DNA from: an uncultured Mobiluncus sp.
Lineage (GTDB): Bacteria > Actinomycetota > Actinomycetes > Actinomycetales > Actinomycetaceae
Length of the DNA stretch: 64,000 bases
NCBI RefSeq assembly: GCF_947254095.1
Contig: NZ_CAMYBV010000003.1
Coordinates: forward strand, 32,565-96,564
Direction of reading: 5' to 3'
Shown here: positions 57,706 through 64,000 of the stretch, one piece after another
How positions within the stretch are numbered: the stretch's first letter is position 1
Layout of the letters: each line of letters starts with the position of its first letter
Program-made: the position numbers and the translations under genes
The notes under the pieces: generated by a model
The model's input: only the letters and a program-made list of their open reading frames with translations
What the model was told of the DNA's origin: nothing
Databases searched by the model: none

Positions 57706-59220
57706 ATGAGTGATCAAAAAGAATCCCGCGGTAAGAACCGCTCCCGTCAGCCCCAGTCCAAAGAGTTTAAGAAGTTTATCGGCGAAAACTGGGGTCCGCG
57801 TCCCACCGACGGCTACGAACGTTCCAGCGCCGCTCCCTACGCGCTGCAACGCCGCGTGAAGCTGGGGGAAAAGTTTAAGGGGGTGCGGCTGGTCATTCCC
57901 GCTGGCGCCCTAGTGGTGCGCAACAATGACTGCGATTACCGGTTCCGGCCCCACTCCGCTTTTTCCCACCTGACCGGCTTGGGCACTGACCTGATTCCCG
58001 ATGCTGTGCTGGTTTTGAACCCGGTGCCCGAGGGGGAAACCGGTGAGGGCGGGGGGACCCACATCGCCACCGTCTTTTTCCGTCCCCGCGCGTCACGCGC
58101 TTCTGAAGAGTTTTACGCCGATTCACGTTACGGTGAACTATGGGTCGGGGTGCGTCCCTCGCTGGAGGAGTTCGAGCGCATGTGTGGGATTCCCTGTGCC
58201 CACCTGGAGACGCTGCCCGACGTTTTGGCTAAAGATGCTGGTCAGCTGCAGATTGCTATGATTCCTACCTCCGATTCTCAGGCCGCGGCAGTGGTGAATC
58301 AGGTTCGTGAGCAAGCCGGGATTGACCCGGACGACGCCAAGAAGTTAGATGATTTGCTTGAGGAGGCGACTTCGGAACTGCGCCTGATTAAGGACGATTG
58401 GGAAATCGAAGAGATGCGCAAGGCTGTCGCCGCCACCAAAGAAGGCTTTGAAGAGGCAATTCGTTCTTTCCCAAGGGCGGTGAAGCATTTTCGCGGTGAA
58501 CGCGTGGTGGAAGGTGCGTTCGGGGCGCGGGCTCGGGAAGTCGGCAACGGCCTGGGCTATGACACGATTGCGGCTTCCGGGGAGCACGCCGCGACCTTGC
58601 ACTGGATTAACAACGATGGCCAGGTGCGGGAGGGCGACCTCATCTTGATTGATGCCGGGGTGGAGCTCGATTCGTTGTACACCGCGGACATCACCAGGAC
58701 CCTGCCGATTAATGGTCGTTTCAACGAGGTACAGCGGCGGGTTTATCAAGCGGTCTTGGATGCTGCCGACGCGGCTTTTGAACAGGCGAATCAACCGGGC
58801 TGTATTTTCTCCGATGTCCATAGCGCCGCGATGCGCGTCATCGCGCAGAGGCTTGACGAGTGGGGTCTGCTGCCGGTTTCCTGGGAGGAGTCGCTGCAGG
58901 AGGACGGTCAGTATCACCGCCGGTGGATGGTGCATGGCACCTCACACCACTTGGGCATTGATGTTCATGACTGCGCCCAAGCGCGCCGTGAAATGTACAA
59001 CGGGGCCAGGCTGGAACCCGGCATGATTTTCACGATTGAACCCGGACTGTACTTCCGTAAGGACGACTTGGCGGTTCCCCCGGAATATCGGGGCATTTCC
59101 GTGCGCATCGAGGACGACATTCTGGTAGGACCGGGCGGCAAATGCGAGCGTATCTCGCAGCATATCCCCCGCACCGTAGCTGACGTGGAAGCCTGGATTG
59201 CCCGCGTGCAGGCGGAATAG
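57706..59220 (+). CDS. pepP: Xaa-Pro aminopeptidase (M24B, aminopeptidase P)
   Basis: M24 pita-bread motifs HWINNDGQVREGDLILIDAGVELDSLYTADITRT, HGTSHHLGIDVHD, GMIFTIEPGLYF. Confidence 0.85.
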   Translation: MSDQKESRGKNRSRQPQSKEFKKFIGENWGPRPTDGYERSSAAPYALQRRVKLGEKFKGVRLVIPAGALVVRNNDCDYRFRPHSAFSHLTGLGTDLIPDAVLVLNPVPEGETGEGGGTHIATVFFRPRASRASEEFYADSRYGELWVGVRPSLEEFERMCGIPCAHLETLPDVLAKDAGQLQIAMIPTSDSQAAAVVNQVREQAGIDPDDAKKLDDLLEEATSELRLIKDDWEIEEMRKAVAATKEGFEEAIRSFPRAVKHFRGERVVEGAFGARAREVGNGLGYDTIAASGEHAATLHWINNDGQVREGDLILIDAGVELDSLYTADITRTLPINGRFNEVQRRVYQAVLDAADAAFEQANQPGCIFSDVHSAAMRVIAQRLDEWGLLPVSWEESLQEDGQYHRRWMVHGTSHHLGIDVHDCAQARREMYNGARLEPGMIFTIEPGLYFRKDDLAVPPEYRGISVRIEDDILVGPGGKCERISQHIPRTVADVEAWIARVQAE

Positions 59221-59329
59221 CGCCGCGGCTGTCCCGATTTTGGGCGGTTCCGACTCCCCCCCCCGCAGTAATTTTTGGTGACTCGAAACGTCACAGCCTG
59301 ATCCGCCAGCGAATCGTAAGGATGTGGAT

Positions 59330-60208
59330 ATGGCCTTGAAAATCGACCCCCACGTGCATTCCGCGCTCTCCGATGGCACGGATTCTCCGCGTGATTTGTT
59401 AAAAAGGGCACGTGTTGCCGGTTTGGACGTGATTGGGGCGGTGGATCACGATACGTTCGAGCACTGGGAGCCGTTTCGCGCCGCCCATGCCGCGTTGACA
59501 GCCGAAGGGACTCGTCCCCCCGCCATTATTTTCGGTATGGAAATCTCCACAAGCGTGAACCGCTGCCCTGTTCACCTGTTGAACTATCTGCCGGATCCCC
59601 ACCGCGGCGCGGTGAGGGAAATTTTAAAGAACGCTCACCGCGACCGCCTGGAGAGGATGCGGCGCATGGTTGCAAAGATTAACCAGGATTATCCGCTGAC
59701 GTGGTCAGATGTCCAGGCGGAGATTACCGGATTAACCCCGGGTCGTCCGCATATCGGCGACGCCCTGGTGCGGAGGGGCTATTTTCAGACCCGTTCCGAG
59801 GCGTTCGAAAAGGTCCTCAATCCCGGCTCCCCCTATTACGTATCGCGCCCGATTGTGGACAGTTTCGCCGTCCTCGAGGCTATCCTGGCTGATGGCGGGG
59901 TTCCCGTGCTGGCTCACCCGTTCTCGGTGACCCGCAGCAAACGGAGGCTAGACCCTGCCGTGGTGCGCAAATTCGCTCAGAACGGCCTGCGGGGCATCGA
60001 AGTCAACCACCGCGAACATGACGCTCCCGCCCGCCAAATGGCCGCGGATTTGGCTCGGGAACTCGACCTGTTTGTCTCTGGGGCTTCGGATTATCACGGG
60101 GCGGGTAAACCTAATCAGCTGGGGGAAAATACCATGCCCGAAGCCAGCCTGCGCCAGATTCTCGCCGCGGGCGCCAGCCCGCTGTTAGGTGAGCTGCCGC
60201 TGAGTTAG
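59330..60208 (+). CDS. PHP-domain metal-dependent phosphoesterase
   Basis: PHP motifs IDPHVHSALSDGT, GLDVIGAVDHDT, HP...VLAHP. ATG at 59330 with TAAGGA RBS. The ORF table starts at a GTG at 59324. Confidence 0.8.
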   Translation: MALKIDPHVHSALSDGTDSPRDLLKRARVAGLDVIGAVDHDTFEHWEPFRAAHAALTAEGTRPPAIIFGMEISTSVNRCPVHLLNYLPDPHRGAVREILKNAHRDRLERMRRMVAKINQDYPLTWSDVQAEITGLTPGRPHIGDALVRRGYFQTRSEAFEKVLNPGSPYYVSRPIVDSFAVLEAILADGGVPVLAHPFSVTRSKRRLDPAVVRKFAQNGLRGIEVNHREHDAPARQMAADLARELDLFVSGASDYHGAGKPNQLGENTMPEASLRQILAAGASPLLGELPLS

Positions 60209-62346
60209 GAACGACCGGCCGGTTTGGTGGCGAACTGCTGCAGTGCGTCGTGGACGGTCGCGGCATAGATGTCCTGCCCGGCTGGACCGGGGTGGACTTC
60301 GTCGCTGGCTAACAGGTTCACGTGCCCGGCAATGGCGCTGTCCCAGCTGGCGACTTTCACCCGGTCAGGATGAGCGCCGGCCAGGGCATACATGGTTTGG
60401 TTCGAGATTTGGATCCACTCCTGGGAGGCCCGACCGTGACCGGTCACAAACACAAATTTTGTCTGGGGGAACTCGGCGAGCAGGGCTTCGCCGTCTCGCG
60501 CTCGAAACGTCGAATTCGTAGCGAGGGCAAACACTACGTAGGGGCGCAGCGTGCCTTGGGCTTGGCGAGCCCGCATGATGCCCACACCTGCCGCTGAACT
60601 GCGTGATACCGCCGCGTCTATGGTGGCGCCGGGCAGCGTTTCGGCGAGTTTCGGCGCTGCGGCGAGGGTCACTGAGTCCCCGATAATGTCGACTTGGTCC
60701 CCGCTGATTGGCTTACTATTTTCAGAAGGTTTGGTTGACGTGGTTGGCTTTTTTTGGGGGGTTGGCGCGGGTGGTTTTGCTTCCGCGCCAGTTTTCGGGT
60801 GGTGGCTGTCCCCCGACTTTTCGTTATGGATGAAGTTCGCTCCGGCTGCGACAAGTTGTTCGGCAGCGGTTTTTTCCGGAGCTATGGCTATAGAGATGAC
60901 CAGCGGCAGTACCGCCACCACAGCCGCCATCCACACCAGGGAGCGCCGCCGCCACGGCACCCGCAGCCGGGAGGAAACCGCCGGGCTCACGCCCTTTTGC
61001 GGGCGCGGCGCAAACCAACGTTTCCAGGTGACGACTAAACCGTTGCGCCGCATGGGATTTTCGACATACTTGTAGCTCAAAGAAGCCGCCAAAATCGATA
61101 CCACGGCAATAATCACCAGCGCCGCCCACTGCGGCAAATCCCGCCACAGACTGTTGACCAGCATGAACACTGGCCAATGCCACAGGTAGAGGGAATAGGA
61201 GCGCACGCCTAGCCATTGCAGGGGAGGCCACGACAACAGTTCGACCAGGATCTGACCCGGTCCGCTCACCCCGGCCACTTCCTCCAAGCAAGCCTGCATA
61301 ATCCCGATGGTCAGCACGCTAACCGCCAGCACGCCCCACGGATAGGTGAAGGGGTCGCTGTCGCGAAGCATCAGGAAACTCACGAACACCCCAACCATGC
61401 CGACCCAAGCCGCCAAGCCACGCAGCCGAGCGGTGGAACGATCCAGATAATGTGGGGTGTTTTCCAACGCTAAGGGGAACAGCAACGCCAAAGTCGCCCC
61501 CAGCATCAGCCCGAACGCGTGCGTGTCGGTGCCTTCGTAGATGCGGGTCAGGTTCCCGCCTCCAGCTTTCAGCACCGCCATTTCGCTCACGGAAGCCAAG
61601 ACCAGCACCGCTGGCACCAGCCACCGATGCCGGGTGGGAATCAGGAAAGCGAGCAGCAAAATCAGGGGCCACACCAGGTAAAACTGCTGCTCCACCGCCA
61701 GGGTCCACATATTCGCGAGAAACTGGGGGTTGGTCCGGTCAAAATAGGAGCCCCCAAAAGCCACGTTGACCCAGTTATAGGTGTAGGTCAGGGTTCCCAG
61801 GACTTGATACCAGATGCCCACCAGGAAATCTCGGTTGACCACGGCTGCCAGCGGCACGGTCACCAGCACGGTCAAGGTTACGGCGGGAACCAGTCGCCGG
61901 AAGCGTCGCAGCCAAAACGCAGCGATGTTGATGCGCCCCGTGAGGCGCTTTTCGCGCGCTAACAGGGCCGTAATCAGGAATCCCGACAGCACAAAGAATA
62001 CGTCGACGCCCAGGAATCCTCCCGGCAGCCAGTTCGGGGCCACATGGTAAACCAACACCGCCAACGCTGCCAAAGCACGGATCCCGTCCAGGCCGCGTAG
62101 CTGGTAGCGCGGCAGTTTCGGGTCTGTTGAAGCGGGGTCTGCCGGGGATTGCACAGTGTTGTGGGGCTGCTCGGGCGCAGTACTCTGGAGGGCCACGCGG
62201 GGGGTCTGTTCGCTGGTCTGAGAGTCAGTAGCGGGGGTTTCACCCGGTGTGGCGGGCTGCTTCGGGCGAGGTCTTTGCGGCGACGGGGCCGGTGTGGCGG
62301 GACGGGTGTGCCCCCTCGGCTGGGACTTGCCGAATCGAAAAAGCAC
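60205..62346 (-). CDS. Membrane acyltransferase (acyltransferase_3/OafA family) fused to a C-terminal SGNH hydrolase domain, with a long disordered Pro/Thr-rich N-terminus. OatA-like peptidoglycan O-acetyltransferase candidate.
   Basis: LDGIRALAALAVLVYHV..., 10+ transmembrane helices. C-terminal SGNH-like segment IIGDSVTLAAAP...VVFALATN. ~100-aa low-complexity N-terminal extension. Confidence 0.8.
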   Translation of the reverse strand: MLFRFGKSQPRGHTRPATPAPSPQRPRPKQPATPGETPATDSQTSEQTPRVALQSTAPEQPHNTVQSPADPASTDPKLPRYQLRGLDGIRALAALAVLVYHVAPNWLPGGFLGVDVFFVLSGFLITALLAREKRLTGRINIAAFWLRRFRRLVPAVTLTVLVTVPLAAVVNRDFLVGIWYQVLGTLTYTYNWVNVAFGGSYFDRTNPQFLANMWTLAVEQQFYLVWPLILLLAFLIPTRHRWLVPAVLVLASVSEMAVLKAGGGNLTRIYEGTDTHAFGLMLGATLALLFPLALENTPHYLDRSTARLRGLAAWVGMVGVFVSFLMLRDSDPFTYPWGVLAVSVLTIGIMQACLEEVAGVSGPGQILVELLSWPPLQWLGVRSYSLYLWHWPVFMLVNSLWRDLPQWAALVIIAVVSILAASLSYKYVENPMRRNGLVVTWKRWFAPRPQKGVSPAVSSRLRVPWRRRSLVWMAAVVAVLPLVISIAIAPEKTAAEQLVAAGANFIHNEKSGDSHHPKTGAEAKPPAPTPQKKPTTSTKPSENSKPISGDQVDIIGDSVTLAAAPKLAETLPGATIDAAVSRSSAAGVGIMRARQAQGTLRPYVVFALATNSTFRARDGEALLAEFPQTKFVFVTGHGRASQEWIQISNQTMYALAGAHPDRVKVASWDSAIAGHVNLLASDEVHPGPAGQDIYAATVHDALQQFATKPAGRS

Positions 62347-62436
62347 CTTATCTCCTCATGACAGCCGCGAATACAACAAGCGTTAAGCCTAACGCCCTAG
62401 TGTGAAAAAACCCAGCGCTGGCATTAGCATGAAGAT

Positions 62437-63573
62437 ATGACATTACCCACTACAGATGAACTGATGAAAGCCCTGGAAAAGGTCATTGACCCCGAGATTC
62501 GCCGGTCAATCACCGATTTGGATATGGTCCAGGAACTGAAAATTGACGAATCGGGCCATGTTTTTGCCCGCATCGCCCTGACTATAGCGGGATGCCCCCT
62601 GCAGGCTCAGATTGAGCAAGACGCCAAAGCGCGCTTGGCGGAAGTTCCCGGCGTGACTTCCGTGGAAGTGGAAATGGGCGTCATGAGCCGCGAGGAACTC
62701 GACCGGGTGAAGGAAAAGTTGCTGGGGGCTCGGCCGGTCATTCCTTTTACTCAGCCGGACTCCCTGACCCGCGTTTATGCGATTACTTCTGGAAAAGGCG
62801 GGGTCGGCAAGTCCTCGGTCACCGCTAACCTGGCGGCCGCGATGGCGGATTCCGGCCTGAAAGTGGCGGTTTTGGACTGCGATATTTACGGGTTCTCGAT
62901 TCCGCGTATGCTCGGCCTAGATGACGCGGCCCCCACCCCGGTGGGAGACATGATGATGCCGCCCACCGCTCACGGGGTGAAAGTTATTTCTATGGGCATG
63001 TTCGTCCCTGACGGACAGCCGGTGGTATGGCGCGGCCCGATGCTGCACCGGGCTTTGGAACAGTTCCTGTCCGAGACTTTCTGGGGAGACTTGGATGTGC
63101 TGCTGCTCGACTTGCCCCCCGGCACCGGCGACGTAGCGATTTCGGTGGCCCAGCTGCTGCCGAACTCGGAGATCATCGTCGTGACCACCCCGCAGCTGGC
63201 CGCGGCCGAAGTCGCCGAACGTGCCGGTTCGATAGCTTCGGGTACGAATCAAAAGGTCGTGGGTGTGATTGAGAATATGAGTTACCTGACCGGGCCGGAC
63301 GGTTCTCGTATCGAGGTTTTTGGGACGGGCGGCGGCGAACAAGTGGCCTCTCGGTTGTCTCAGATTCTGGGTTACGAAGTTCCGCTTTTGGCTCAGATTC
63401 CGCTGGAAGTTGCCTATCGGGAAGCCTCCGATGGCGGTGAGCCCCTGTCTATCAGCGAGGCCGCCAAGAACGGACAATCCGTTGCCGGGGCCGCTTTGCG
63501 TTCCGCGGCCACGACTTTGACTCAGCGGGCGCGCAGCCTCAAGGGTCATCGTTTGAACGTCACCGTGAAATAG
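62437..63573 (+). CDS. apbC: Mrp/ApbC family Fe-S cluster carrier ATPase with N-terminal DUF59 (MIP18) domain
   Basis: AITSGKGGVGKSSVTANLAAAMADSGLKVAVLDCDIYGFSIP (deviant Walker A), with CxxC in the C-terminal part. Confidence 0.9.
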   Translation: MTLPTTDELMKALEKVIDPEIRRSITDLDMVQELKIDESGHVFARIALTIAGCPLQAQIEQDAKARLAEVPGVTSVEVEMGVMSREELDRVKEKLLGARPVIPFTQPDSLTRVYAITSGKGGVGKSSVTANLAAAMADSGLKVAVLDCDIYGFSIPRMLGLDDAAPTPVGDMMMPPTAHGVKVISMGMFVPDGQPVVWRGPMLHRALEQFLSETFWGDLDVLLLDLPPGTGDVAISVAQLLPNSEIIVVTTPQLAAAEVAERAGSIASGTNQKVVGVIENMSYLTGPDGSRIEVFGTGGGEQVASRLSQILGYEVPLLAQIPLEVAYREASDGGEPLSISEAAKNGQSVAGAALRSAATTLTQRARSLKGHRLNVTVK

Positions 63574-63637
63574 CGCCCCGCACCCCTACAGTTCGGGGAA
63601 AGCTTTCCGACTCGACGTCTAGGCGGTCGAAACGCTG

Positions 63638-64000
63638 CTAGCGGTTCTTGATTGCCACCAGTAGCCCGTCGCCGACCGGCAGCAGGTTCTCAGTCCATTC
63701 CACGGATTCCTGTATGTGGCGCAGCACTTCGCGCATCGCCACGGTGTCCGGTTCACGTCGCGCGGGGTCGGCTACCGAATCGTTCCACATGGCGTGGACC
63801 AGTACCAGCAACCCTCCCGGGCGCAGAGCCGGGTTTAACAGTTCGACATAGGCTTGGGTTTCGCCAGGGTCCCCGTCCACCACGGCCATGTCGTAGGCTC
63901 CCCGGCTGAGGCGTGTGAGGACTTGCAGGGCACGTCCCGTAATCATGCGCACCCGCGTGAGGGAGATACCCGCTCCCGTCAGGATTTCCTTGGCGACCGC
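63638..64000 (-). CDS. Class I SAM-dependent O-methyltransferase (family 3, caffeoyl-CoA-OMT-like). Partial: the 5' end lies beyond the window end.
   Basis: C-terminal half YDMAVVDGDPGETQAYVELLNPALRPGGLLVLVHAMWNDSVADP... The frame remains open upstream to the window edge. Confidence 0.7.
   Translation of the reverse strand, partial: AVAKEILTGAGISLTRVRMITGRALQVLTRLSRGAYDMAVVDGDPGETQAYVELLNPALRPGGLLVLVHAMWNDSVADPARREPDTVAMREVLRHIQESVEWTENLLPVGDGLLVAIKNR

Noticed and set aside
1-64000. CRISPR arrays, transposases/integrases, tRNA or rRNA genes, toxin-antitoxin pairs, restriction-modification or other phage-defence genes
   Set aside because: None recognised. There are no regularly spaced direct repeats of CRISPR type. 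There are no IS-like inverted terminal repeats flanking an ORF. No ORF has transposase, integrase, nuclease-ATPase defence or toxin motifs.

Overview
High-GC (~68-70%) actinobacterial chromosomal segment, most consistent with an Actinomycetaceae-like organism. It is dominated by conserved core genes. There is no CRISPR array, transposase, integrase, tRNA/rRNA gene or recognisable phage-defence island.

Content, in order along the window:
- partial PerM-like polytopic membrane protein, then sucD and sucC
- PPK2 (with a poly-lysine tail) divergent from sucC
- intracellular GH33-like sialidase translationally coupled (ATGA) to pcrA
- a PspC-type envelope-stress module: LuxR-family response regulator, PspC-domain histidine kinase and a divergent PspC-domain membrane protein, with a direct-repeat candidate operator in the shared promoter
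- ATP-grasp ligase
- pnp and rpsO, with a hairpin-dense 366-bp region upstream of rpsO
- quinone oxidoreductase
- four paralogous secreted proteins, each carrying three CWB2-type cell-wall-binding repeats fused to different domains (trypsin-like protease, lysozyme/transglycosylase-like domain, unknown)
- ribF, inverted relative to the usual truB-ribF-rpsO-pnp synteny
- AGCS symporter
- the rimP-nusA-infB-rbfA-truB operon, with one of the CWB2 hydrolase genes sitting between nusA and infB where ylxR is normally found
- lipoprotein, and a MarR regulator with a MacB/FtsX-type ABC exporter
- an actinobacterial Tad/Flp pilus locus (tadA/B/C, flp-like, tadE-like x3) without a CpaE/Ssd ATPase or prepilin peptidase
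- APH-like kinase
- adnB and adnA, with the DUF3107 gene and a ferritin-like gene
- DEAD-box helicase, aminopeptidase P, PHP phosphoesterase, OatA-like acyltransferase-SGNH, Mrp/ApbC, and a partial O-methyltransferase

The most interesting unexplained signal is a short motif (consensus roughly CGCCCTWGTGAA / CCCTTGTGAAC) that recurs at least seven times. Every copy seen lies in an intergenic region and reads on the same strand. It overlaps with a degenerate repeat array at 1384-1585.
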